The position numbers and the translations under genes are program-made. Below are positions 15,206 through 24,223 of a stretch of 48,155 nucleotides of DNA, piece after piece (the first letter of the stretch is position 1; every line of letters begins with the position of its first letter). The stretch is from an uncultured Coriobacteriia bacterium (GTDB taxonomy: Bacteria > Actinomycetota > Coriobacteriia > Coriobacteriales > QAMH01). The stretch spans positions 1 to 48,155 of the forward strand of contig CABSKV010000002.1 of NCBI GenBank assembly GCA_902478425.1, written 5' to 3'. Below the pieces are notes generated by a model. That model was given only the letters and a program-made list of their open reading frames with translations, searched no databases and was not told where the DNA came from.

Positions 15206-18091
15206 CTACTGGTTCGCTTGGACGCTGGCGTCCTTGATGTTATAGGGCGCTTCGACAGGCTGCATCGAGAAGTCGTACCAGTCGTTCTTCTCCTCGTCGA
15301 CCAGGTAGTTACCGCCCTCGTGCTGCACGAAGCGATAGCCGGTGCCCGGCTGATAGTGGAAGGAGCTCGTCGGGTCGATCAACCAACCACTGCCCGTATC
15401 ATAGTAACGGCCCTTGTCGTCCTCGGCCTTGAGCGTGACGGGGTTCCACGTCGTGCCGGCGGGCAGCTCGAAATCGGCCTGCGGACCCTCGGAGGGCTGC
15501 ATCGAGAAGTCGTAGAAGGTGCCGGTGGCCTCGTCGAGCAGGAAGTCGCCGTTGTACGAGACGTACTTGTAGCCCGTACCCATCTGGTAGAAGGTGCCCG
15601 TGGCGTCGTCGACCATCCAGCCGGAAGCCTGGTCGTAGCGGCGGCCGTTCTTGTCGTAGCACGCACGCTTGCGGTAATCCCAGGTGAGACCCTCGGGAAC
15701 CTCGAAGTCGGGCTGCGCGAAGACGGGCTCGGCAAACTCGAGGGCCATCTTCTGGGTGCTCGGCATGGCGTGTACGCCAGGACCCTCGGAGGCAAACGCG
15801 GAGCCGGGGATGGAGAACTGGCAGTCGCGCTCGGTGAACTGGTAGTCGATGTCGGTGCACTTGTACACCTTGCACATCAGGCCGCGGTTAGCCCAGCAAC
15901 CGGTCAGCGGGTCGCAGTGCTCGTCATCGACGGACGTGAGCACGTTGGTGTTGGACTCGAGGCAGCCAAAGGGCTCGGGGCCTTCGGGGCTACGCTCGGG
16001 GAACCACCAGCCGCGCTGCGTGTAGACCGCACGCGGATCGATGCCCGGCTCGACGTTGGCGCGCATCTTGATGCGGCCGCGACGCGTCTCGATCCAGCAC
16101 CAGTCGCCCATCTCGATGCCCAGCGTGACGGCCAGGTCGGGATGGATGGTGAAGTACGGATCGGGCTTGATGTAGCGGATGATCGGGTTGTTGAAGTGCT
16201 CCGAGTGGTGGAATGGCATGAAGCCGCCGCCCGTGGTGAGCACGATCGGGTACTCGGCTGCGACCTCGGGGTCGTCGATTTCGTTCTCGGCCGGACCGAT
16301 GTACTTCGGGAACGCCGGCAGACCGAACTCCTCGAAGACCGAGCACTTGAGCTCGACCTTGCCGGAAGCGGTGCAGAACTGGCCCTTCTGCAGGTACTTC
16401 TGGTACTGCAGCGGCGGATAGTACATGCGGAAGCGCTCGACGAAGTCGTTGTAGCTCGTGATGGGAAGGCCAAGCGGCGAGAGAACGTGGAAGTACGCGT
16501 CCTCGAGCTCGGGCCAGGGCCAGTCTTCCTCGGTCTGACCGCAGGCAAGGCCCAGGTCCTTCCAGATGTTGTAGTCGGTCTTGCGCTCGTACATCGGCCA
16601 GATGGCACGCTCGGAGCAGACGATGGAGTCGGTGACACCGTAGTTGGTGTGAACCATCGGGCGCTCCATGGCACCGGCAACCGGCAGGATGTAGTCGGCC
16701 ATGAGGGCCGTCGGGGTCATGAAGTACTCGAGGACGACCAGGAACTCGACCTGCTTGCAGGCCTCGAAGGTCATCTTCGCGTCGCCGTAGGACGAAAGCG
16801 GATTGGAGCCGCTGACGAACAGCGCGCGGACCTGGTACGGATCGCCCGTGAGGATGGCCTTGAAGACGGACGGGCCGTGGGCCTCGCACATCCACTCGGC
16901 GGTGAATGCCTTGCCCCACTTGTCCTTGGAGATCTGGGAGAGGCGCTCGTAGCCGGGCCAGGAGGTCATCTTGTACTTGTCGGCACCGATCTGCTTGGCC
17001 CTCATCTCGACGGGCAGGCGATCGTTGGCCTCGAGCTCCTCGTCAGTGACGTAAGCCGCGGGACCGGGCATGCCGTCGCCGCCGGGGCAGTCGAGGTTGC
17101 CGCAGATGGCGCGCAGGATCGAGCGGGCGTGCATGCCAGCGCCAGCCGTGCGGCCGAGCTGGTCCCAGGTGCAGCCCCACTGGATGTTGCCGGGACGGTT
17201 GGTCGCGTACATGCGAGCCGCCTGGCGGATGAGCTCGGGATCGAGCCAGGTGAGGGGCGCAGCCCACTCCGGGGTGTAGGGCTCGATGTAGTCGCGGAGC
17301 TCGTCAAAGCCCTCGCACCACTCGTCGACGAAGTCCATGTCATAGATGAACTCGTTCATGATGACGTTGATCATGGCCATGGACAGGGCCGTGTCCGAAC
17401 CTGGACGCAGCGGCAGCCAGAGATCGGCGTGCGCGGCGGTCTCGGAGTAGCGCGGATCGACGACGATGAGCTTCAGGCCGTTGGCGCGCTGCAGGTCGGT
17501 GTAGCCGTGCATGCCGGGCATGGACGACGCACCGGGATTGAAGCCCCACAGGATGACGCACTTGGATGCGCCGAGGTCGGTCTCGAACGGCGACCAGCCA
17601 TTGATGGCGGTCTCGACCATGAAGGTCGGGATCCAGCACAGCAGTGCGTTGTGGAAGCCGTTGGGCGTTCCGAACAGATTGAGGAAGCGACGCCTCGCCC
17701 AGTCATCGGTACGCAGGGTACCGGCGGCGGCGGCGACTGCCTCTGCACCGGACTCTTCCTTGATCTGGTTGATCTTGGCGGCAATCTCGGTCAGGGCCTG
17801 ATCCCAGGAGACGCGCTCCCACTTGTTCTCGCCCTTCTCGCCCGCGCGCTTCATCGGGTAGTTGATGCGCGACGGATTGTCCACGAACGTGTAGGCCTGG
17901 TTGCCACGAGTGCAAAGGCCGCCGGCGTTGGTGGGATGATCCGGATCGCCTTCGGCGTAGATGAGCTTGCCGTCCTTGACGTAAGCCAGAACGCCGCAGT
18001 TCTGATGGCAGAAATAGCAGCATGACTTCTTGACCTCCACGCCTTCTGCGTGGATTTCATCCAACCATTTCGTCGATGAATAGTCTCTCAC
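15206..18091 (-). CDS. Molybdopterin (bis-MGD) oxidoreductase catalytic subunit with a C-terminal tandem-repeat extension; no TAT signal
   Basis: The track ORF is 15206..18121. I prefer GTG 18091 as the start because AAGGAGGAGG lies 4 nt upstream, whereas GTG 18121 has no RBS. The N-terminus has CCYFCHQNCG...C. The core is a paralog of 9815..12034 (EYFMTPTALMADYILP). About 190 extra C-terminal residues are present. Confidence 0.9.
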   Translation of the reverse strand: MRDYSSTKWLDEIHAEGVEVKKSCCYFCHQNCGVLAYVKDGKLIYAEGDPDHPTNAGGLCTRGNQAYTFVDNPSRINYPMKRAGEKGENKWERVSWDQALTEIAAKINQIKEESGAEAVAAAAGTLRTDDWARRRFLNLFGTPNGFHNALLCWIPTFMVETAINGWSPFETDLGASKCVILWGFNPGASSMPGMHGYTDLQRANGLKLIVVDPRYSETAAHADLWLPLRPGSDTALSMAMINVIMNEFIYDMDFVDEWCEGFDELRDYIEPYTPEWAAPLTWLDPELIRQAARMYATNRPGNIQWGCTWDQLGRTAGAGMHARSILRAICGNLDCPGGDGMPGPAAYVTDEELEANDRLPVEMRAKQIGADKYKMTSWPGYERLSQISKDKWGKAFTAEWMCEAHGPSVFKAILTGDPYQVRALFVSGSNPLSSYGDAKMTFEACKQVEFLVVLEYFMTPTALMADYILPVAGAMERPMVHTNYGVTDSIVCSERAIWPMYERKTDYNIWKDLGLACGQTEEDWPWPELEDAYFHVLSPLGLPITSYNDFVERFRMYYPPLQYQKYLQKGQFCTASGKVELKCSVFEEFGLPAFPKYIGPAENEIDDPEVAAEYPIVLTTGGGFMPFHHSEHFNNPIIRYIKPDPYFTIHPDLAVTLGIEMGDWCWIETRRGRIKMRANVEPGIDPRAVYTQRGWWFPERSPEGPEPFGCLESNTNVLTSVDDEHCDPLTGCWANRGLMCKVYKCTDIDYQFTERDCQFSIPGSAFASEGPGVHAMPSTQKMALEFAEPVFAQPDFEVPEGLTWDYRKRACYDKNGRRYDQASGWMVDDATGTFYQMGTGYKYVSYNGDFLLDEATGTFYDFSMQPSEGPQADFELPAGTTWNPVTLKAEDDKGRYYDTGSGWLIDPTSSFHYQPGTGYRFVQHEGGNYLVDEEKNDWYDFSMQPVEAPYNIKDASVQANQ
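15245..15712 (-). repeat. Intragenic tandem duplication encoding two ~78-aa repeats at the C-terminus of the Mo subunit
   Basis: R1 spans 15479..15712 (PDFEVPEGLTW...GWMVDDATGTFYQMGTGYKYV...TGTFYDFSMQP). R2 spans 15245..15478 (ADFELPAGTTW...GWLIDPTSSFHYQPGTGYRFV...NDWYDFSMQP). They are about 40% identical by eye. The DNA string ggctgcatcgagaagtcgta occurs at the start of both units. Confidence 0.8.
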
Positions 18092-18411
18092 TCTGCCTCC
18101 TCCTTCATTCTCTCTTGCCACATGTTTGCATTACCTGCTTTCCGCAGACCATGCAGTCATGCGGAACACCTCCTGCGAAGATGTTGCCATCCTCGCACGT
18201 CAACGCTATCTGTCTGCATTTTCACGCCTGTTCGATGAGTGGACATGGCAATGCCGACGTCTAACGTCTAACTTCCGTATTAAATCACGGGATGGAGGTT
18301 ATGTGAAGCTATGAAAACGGGGATTTCGCCTGCGTGCGCAATCTGCACCGCTTTCGGCAAAACCCCCGTTTCGTTCGGGATGTGAGCGCTTCACGCGCAG
18401 AGAGTCAAGTA

Positions 18412-19236
18412 CTAGAGCGCCTCGATCTTGTCAACGATCGGGTCGAGCCAGTCGCCCTTGATGTCCTCGACGTTGCCCGAGTCGACCTCGGCCGAAATCT
18501 TCGGGTCCATCGGCACGCAGGCCCAGGCGTCGATGCCCTTGCTCTTGGCGATGGCCTCGACCTCGGACTTGCCGAAAATCTCGTGACGCGAGCCGCAGTC
18601 CGGGCACTCGTAGTACGACATGTTCTCGACCAGGCCCAGCACCGGCACGTTCATGTGCTCGGTCATGCGGATGGCCTTCTCGACGATCATGTTGACGAGC
18701 ACCTGCGGAGCCGTCGCGATGACGACACCCTTGAGCGGGAACTGCTGGAACACCGTCATGGGGATGTCGCCCGTTCCCGGCGGCATGTCGACGATGAGAT
18801 AGTCGAGCTCGCCCCAGTTGATGTCGCTGTAGAACTGCGTGAGGATGCCGTTGAGCACCGGGCCACGCCACAGGAAGGGCGTCGCCTCGTCGGCGGTGAG
18901 CATGTTGGTCGAGACGACCTTGATGCCCGTCTTGGTCTCGGCCGGCCTCAGCATGCCGTCCTCGTCGACCGCGGGCGGCTCGTGAATGCCGAAGGAGCGC
19001 GGAATGGACGGGCCGGTGATGTCGCCATCGAGAATGCCGACCTCGTGCCCGCGACGGCGCAGCTCGCAGGCGAGCATCGCGGCCGTGAGCGATTTGCCGA
19101 CGCCACCCTTGCCGCTGGCCACGGCGATGACGTTCTTGATCTTCGTGCCTTCGTGAAGTTGCAGCGTCTGCGGGGCGGTGCGGTCAGCGCACGCGCTATC
19201 GCCACATGCAGAGCAGTTCGAGTTGCACTCAGCCAT
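18412..19236 (-). CDS. mrp: Mrp/NBP35/ApbC-family iron-sulfur cluster carrier ATPase
   Basis: I place the start at MAECNSNCSACGDSAC (ATG 19236, GGGAGA RBS). The protein has the deviant Walker A GKGGVGKS and the CPDCG motif. Confidence 0.85.
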   Translation of the reverse strand: MAECNSNCSACGDSACADRTAPQTLQLHEGTKIKNVIAVASGKGGVGKSLTAAMLACELRRRGHEVGILDGDITGPSIPRSFGIHEPPAVDEDGMLRPAETKTGIKVVSTNMLTADEATPFLWRGPVLNGILTQFYSDINWGELDYLIVDMPPGTGDIPMTVFQQFPLKGVVIATAPQVLVNMIVEKAIRMTEHMNVPVLGLVENMSYYECPDCGSRHEIFGKSEVEAIAKSKGIDAWACVPMDPKISAEVDSGNVEDIKGDWLDPIVDKIEAL

Positions 19237-19295
19237 GTCGAATCTCCCTAAACCGTCCCGGTCGTTCCCGGGACCTCTCTGAAAAAGACGTGCAT

Positions 19296-19325
19296 CATGG
19301 TACTGCATGGTCTGGGCGCATGTCA
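19296..19325 (-). promoter_or_regulatory. Possible mrp promoter (-35 CTGACA, -10 TACCAT)
   Basis: The minus strand reads aaCTGACAt-n17-TACCATgatg, about 60 nt upstream of ATG 19236. Confidence 0.3.
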
Positions 19326-19357
19326 GTTACGAAACGGCAACCAACGCATCTACGTGC

Positions 19358-19392
19358 GCAAAGAAAAGGGCCGAGACATGTGCCTCGGCCCC
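19358..19392 (-). terminator. Intrinsic terminator downstream of tRNA-Val
   Basis: GGGCCGAG-n8-CTCGGCCC is followed on the minus strand by TTTTCTTTG. Confidence 0.6.
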
Positions 19393-19403
19393 TCGCATGT
19401 ATC

Positions 19404-19478
19404 TGGTGGGCGTTACTGGGATCGAACCAGTGGCCTTTTCCGTGTCAGGGAAACGCGCTCCCGCTGCGCCAAACGCCC
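19404..19478 (-). tRNA. tRNA-Val (anticodon GAC)
   Basis: The reverse complement gives acceptor GGGCGTT/AACGCCC, anticodon stem TTTCC/GGAAA, loop CTGACAC, T-loop GGTTCGATCC, and CCA. Confidence 0.9.
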
Positions 19479-19488
19479 GTGGCAAAGT

Positions 19489-19516
19489 AGTCTAACAGAA
19501 TGACGCTTCATCGCAA
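19489..19516 (-). promoter_or_regulatory. Candidate tRNA-Val promoter (-35 TTGCGA, 16-nt spacer, -10 TAGACT)
   Basis: Read on the minus strand. The -10 box ends 10 nt before the mature tRNA 5' end. Confidence 0.4.
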
Positions 19517-19538
19517 GCACGATTTTTGCAAGTTTCTC

Positions 19539-19567
19539 TTGCGCTTTGTCCTAAGTTTCCCTAGAAT
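19539..19567 (+). promoter_or_regulatory. Candidate tRNA-Gly/Cys promoter (-35 TTGCGC, 17-nt spacer, -10 TAGAAT)
   Basis: The -10 box ends 12 nt before the tRNA-Gly 5' end. It is divergent from the tRNA-Val promoter. Confidence 0.5.
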
Positions 19568-19579
19568 ACCGCTCTGCGC

Positions 19580-19655
19580 GCGGAAGTGGCTCAGTTGGTA
19601 GAGCACAACCTTGCCAAGGTTGGGGTCGCGGGTTCGAGCCCCGTCTTCCGCTCCA
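19580..19655 (+). tRNA. tRNA-Gly (anticodon GCC)
   Basis: Acceptor GCGGAAG/CTTCCGC, anticodon stem CAACC/GGTTG, loop TTGCCAA, T-loop GGTTCGAGCC, and CCA. Confidence 0.95.
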
Positions 19656-19664
19656 TGCTAAGTC

Positions 19665-19692
19665 AAGAGCCGGCTTTCCAGTCGGCTCTTTT
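19665..19692 (+). terminator. Hairpin plus short T-run between tRNA-Gly and tRNA-Cys (weak terminator or processing element)
   Basis: AAGAGCCG-n10-CGGCTCTT followed by TT. Confidence 0.35.
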
Positions 19693-19710
19693 ACTCAAAG
19701 CACGTGGCAT

Positions 19711-19784
19711 GGCGACGTGGCCAAGCGGTAAGGCAGAGGCCTGCAAAGCCTTTATCACCGGTTCGATTCCGGTCGTCGCCTCCA
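19711..19784 (+). tRNA. tRNA-Cys (anticodon GCA)
   Basis: Acceptor GGCGACG/CGTCGCC, anticodon loop CTGCAAA, T-loop GGTTCGATTCC, and CCA. Confidence 0.95.
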
Positions 19785-19793
19785 GTAAACGAA

Positions 19794-19826
19794 AAGGGCC
19801 GGGGTAATCCCCGGCCCTTGTTTTTA
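19794..19826. terminator. Bidirectional intrinsic terminator between tRNA-Cys (+) and the CAT-anticodon tRNA (-)
   Basis: AAGGGCCGGGG-taat-CCCCGGCCCTT forms an 11-bp perfect stem. GTTTTTATT follows on the plus strand and TTTTCGTTT on the minus strand. Confidence 0.7.
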
Positions 19827-19827
19827 T

Positions 19828-19903
19828 TGGTGGCCCCAGCAGGATTCGAACCTGCAACCTGTCGATTATGAGTCGATCGCGCTAACCGTTGCGCCATGGG
19901 GCC
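19828..19903 (-). tRNA. tRNA with CAT anticodon, probably tRNA-Ile2 (lysidine type) rather than elongator Met
   Basis: The reverse complement is GGCCCCATGGCGCAACGGTTAGCGCGATCGACTCATAATCGACAGGTTGCAGGTTCGAATCCTGCTGGGGCCACCA. The GGCCCC acceptor stem (C4-G69, C5-G68) resembles E. coli ileX. It lacks the initiator features: there is no 1:72 mismatch and no GGG/CCC anticodon stem. Confidence 0.85.
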
Positions 19904-19914
19904 AAGTGACGGCC

Positions 19915-19920
19915 ATTATA
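19915..19920 (-). promoter_or_regulatory. Possible -10 box (TATAAT) for the CAT-anticodon tRNA, just downstream of the rpoD stop
   Basis: The minus strand reads cggTATAATggccgtcactt, followed by the tRNA 5' end. No clear -35 element. Confidence 0.3.
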
Positions 19921-19932
19921 CCGTTTGGCCCG

Positions 19933-21399
<1,467 letters not shown>

Positions 21400-21414
21400 G
21401 TCAAAACCCCTTTT

Positions 21415-23274
21415 CTAGTCCTTCAACTCGTCAGGTGCATTGCTTCGCAGCCTCACGAGCTCCTTCTGCATCGACACGGTTTGCTCGAAGAGCTCGTCGA
21501 GCTCCTGGGAGGAAAGCCCACTCTCCGAACGCATACGCGCCTTCGCGTCTCGAATGCTTCGCTCGAGATCGCGCTCCCGCAGGGTGCGCACCATGAGTCG
21601 TGCCTGAAACAGCTTCTCCTCGCCGTCCTCCGTCTCGATCATCGCCTGCGCGAGCAGGGTCGAAGCGTCAGGGCATGCGCTTTGGACCGACGCGAGCGCC
21701 TGCGCGGCGGATGCATCATGATCAAGCGCGATGAGGGCATCAGCCATGCTCTCCGCTGCCTGGTCCATCCACCTGATGCGCACCAAGTCCTTCCCGATAT
21801 GATCGAGGAGATGAGCGTCTGTCACAACGAGCGCGATAAGCCCGTACTCCATGCGGGCGGATTGTTGGTCCGCCTCGATGATCTGCCTGGCTACAGGGTC
21901 AACCGCATTCGATTGGGGCTCTGAGACGGCCTGATCGTTTTGATGGCGGGCAGCCATAGGGGCCTTGGTCTCCTTGAGAGCCTTAAATACGGCAGTATAC
22001 TCCACATTCAAACGGTCAGCGATGATATTGACATAATCCGTTGCCGAGACGGAATCCTTGATGGGATACAGGATCTGCAGCGCCTCGGTCATGGCGCGCG
22101 CCTTGTTTTCCGGGCGGCGCAGGTCGTAGCGCTCGATGCAGCGGTTGATCGAGAAGGCGAGCAATGGCTCGGCAGCAGCGATGACGGCGCGCATCGCATC
22201 GGCATCGTTGCTGCCGAGGAATTCCGCCGGGTCCTTGCCGTCGGGTAGCACCACGACGCGCAGGTCGATCGGATCGCGTCTGCTCTCGACCGCCGATTGC
22301 CAGTCGATGAACTCGCTTGCGCGGTCGGCCGCCTTCTGCCCGGCCGCGTCGCCGTCGAAGAGGTAGACGATGCGCGAGGCAAAGCGGCTGATGAGCTTGA
22401 CGTGCTGTGCCGTGAGTGACGTACCGAGCGTGGCGACGACGTTCTTGATGCCGGCCTGGTGCATGGCGATGACATCGGTGTAGCCCTCCACGACGATGGC
22501 CTCGCCGCTATTGACGATGGCGTTCTTCGCGATGTCGATGCCGAACATGTTCGACGACTTGTGGAAGATCGGCGTCTCCGAGGTGTTGAGGTACTTGGGT
22601 TCGCCTTGCCCCATGATGCGCCCGCCAAAGGCGATGCTGCGCCCCTGCAAGTCGTGCACGGGAAACATGACACGCTCGAAGAAGCGGTCGACGAGGCGCC
22701 CACCCTTGTTCACGTAGGCGAGGTTCGCGCCGACGATCTCGCCACGGTTAAAGCCGCGCGACTGCAGGTGCGCGACGAGCTTGCCATGTCCGGGTGCGTA
22801 GCCAAGCCTCCACTCGCGTGCGCACTCCGAGCCAAAGCCGCGCTCATGCAGGTAGGCGCGCGCCTGCGAGGGGCCGGTATCGCGCGAGCGCATGAGCTCC
22901 ATGTGGTAGAAGTCCTCGGCCTCGGCGCACGCCTGCATCATGCGGTCCTTGAGGCTGCGCGGAATGCCGCTTCCGCCCACCTCGGTGATCTCGATGTTGA
23001 CGCGATCGGCCAGCGCGCGCACGGCCTCGGGAAACTCGAGATGCTCGCTTTCCATGAGATAGCCGAACACGTCACCGCTCTTGCCGCAGCCGAAGCAGTG
23101 CCAGTTCTGCAGGTCGGGATCGATCTTGAACGAGGGCGTCTTCTCGTCATGGAACGGGCAGCAGCCCCAGAACAGACGCCCCTTCTGGCTGAGCACGACG
23201 CGCTCGCTCACGAGGGCGACCAGGTCGGTCGCCTCGCGCACGCGGCGGATGTCATCGTCGGAGATGCGTGCCAT
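21415..23274 (-). CDS. dnaG: DNA primase
   Basis: 619 aa with a zinc finger (CCPFHDEKTPSFKI...CFGCG) and a TOPRIM domain (VVEGYTDVIAMHQAG, YLFDGDAAGQKAA). Confidence 0.95.
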   Translation of the reverse strand: MARISDDDIRRVREATDLVALVSERVVLSQKGRLFWGCCPFHDEKTPSFKIDPDLQNWHCFGCGKSGDVFGYLMESEHLEFPEAVRALADRVNIEITEVGGSGIPRSLKDRMMQACAEAEDFYHMELMRSRDTGPSQARAYLHERGFGSECAREWRLGYAPGHGKLVAHLQSRGFNRGEIVGANLAYVNKGGRLVDRFFERVMFPVHDLQGRSIAFGGRIMGQGEPKYLNTSETPIFHKSSNMFGIDIAKNAIVNSGEAIVVEGYTDVIAMHQAGIKNVVATLGTSLTAQHVKLISRFASRIVYLFDGDAAGQKAADRASEFIDWQSAVESRRDPIDLRVVVLPDGKDPAEFLGSNDADAMRAVIAAAEPLLAFSINRCIERYDLRRPENKARAMTEALQILYPIKDSVSATDYVNIIADRLNVEYTAVFKALKETKAPMAARHQNDQAVSEPQSNAVDPVARQIIEADQQSARMEYGLIALVVTDAHLLDHIGKDLVRIRWMDQAAESMADALIALDHDASAAQALASVQSACPDASTLLAQAMIETEDGEEKLFQARLMVRTLRERDLERSIRDAKARMRSESGLSSQELDELFEQTVSMQKELVRLRSNAPDELKD

Positions 23275-23277
23275 GCG

Positions 23278-24210
23278 TCACCTGCCTCCCAGGTGCTCGC
23301 GTACCCATGCGATGTTTCCCATCACGGTCTCGATGAGCTCGTCCTTCGTCTCGAATACGCGTGGCCCGCGCAACCACTCCTCGAACTCGATGCGAATCTC
23401 CTTGCCGTAGAGATCGCCGTCAAAGTCGAGCAGATGCGCCTCGACCGGAGCCGTCGCATCGGCAAAGCTCTTGGCCACGCCCACGTTGACGGCAGCCGCA
23501 TAGCGCATGCCCTCGACGAAGGCGTAGGCACCGTACACGCCCTCGCGCGGCAGCATCGTCTCGCAATCCGAGAGGTCGAGGTTGGCCGTCGCGAAGCCGA
23601 AGCCGTCACCCGCGCCACGTCCGTGCACGATCGTTCCGTTGATGCTGTGAGCCCGCCCCGCGAGCAGGCGCTTTGCCTGCGCGACCGCTCCCTCGCGCAG
23701 CTCATCGCGTATGCGCGTCGCCGAGATGACCTCGCCATCCTCCTCGATGAGCTCGCAGGCGACGTAGTCACAATCGTGCGCGAGCGCCCAGCGCCCCAGG
23801 TCATCGACCGTGCCGCTCGCACGCACCCCGAAGCGAAAGTCCGAGCCCGTGAAGATGACGCGCGGGCAGACGACGCTTGCAAGGAAGTCGAGGAACTCCA
23901 TCGGCGGCATCGAGAAAACCTCCGGGCTTGCCGAAAGGCTCAGCACGCCTCCCCCGGCCTGCTCGGCGACCATCGCCAGGCGCTCGGCATTCGAGAGCAG
24001 CTTGCCGAAGCCCGGGTCATCGGCGCGGAACATCTCGTCGGGATCGCGCTCGAATGTCACGGCGACGAGCGGCACGCCGAGCTCGCGGGCCTGCTCGCGC
24101 GCCTGCGCGAAGATCGCGCGATGCCCGATGTGCATGCCATCGAAGACGCCGATGACGAGCACGGCATCACCGAGCGCGGGCAGCACTCCGGCAGCCGGGT
24201 CAACGCGCAT
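23278..24210 (-). CDS. ribF: Bifunctional riboflavin kinase / FMN adenylyltransferase
   Basis: I place the start at MRVDPAAG (ATG 24210). The upstream part of the track ORF overlaps truB. Motifs: VIGVFDGMHIGH, ISATRIR, HGRGAGDGFGFATANL. Confidence 0.9.
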   Translation of the reverse strand: MRVDPAAGVLPALGDAVLVIGVFDGMHIGHRAIFAQAREQARELGVPLVAVTFERDPDEMFRADDPGFGKLLSNAERLAMVAEQAGGGVLSLSASPEVFSMPPMEFLDFLASVVCPRVIFTGSDFRFGVRASGTVDDLGRWALAHDCDYVACELIEEDGEVISATRIRDELREGAVAQAKRLLAGRAHSINGTIVHGRGAGDGFGFATANLDLSDCETMLPREGVYGAYAFVEGMRYAAAVNVGVAKSFADATAPVEAHLLDFDGDLYGKEIRIEFEEWLRGPRVFETKDELIETVMGNIAWVREHLGGR

Positions 24211-24223
24211 GATGTCTGCCGCC

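Noticed and set aside
9815-18091. I checked both molybdoenzyme genes for an in-frame TGA (selenocysteine) and for twin-arginine signal peptides.
   Set aside because: Both ORFs are uninterrupted, and neither N-terminus contains RRxFLK followed by a hydrophobic stretch. There is no evidence for Sec or TAT export.
19586-19897. ORFs of 63-80 aa overlapping tRNA genes: 19586..19807, 19663..19857, 19691..19897, 19307..19495, 2767..2958 and 2850..3092.
   Set aside because: They are read through tRNA cloverleaf sequences and terminator hairpins, so they are not protein coding.
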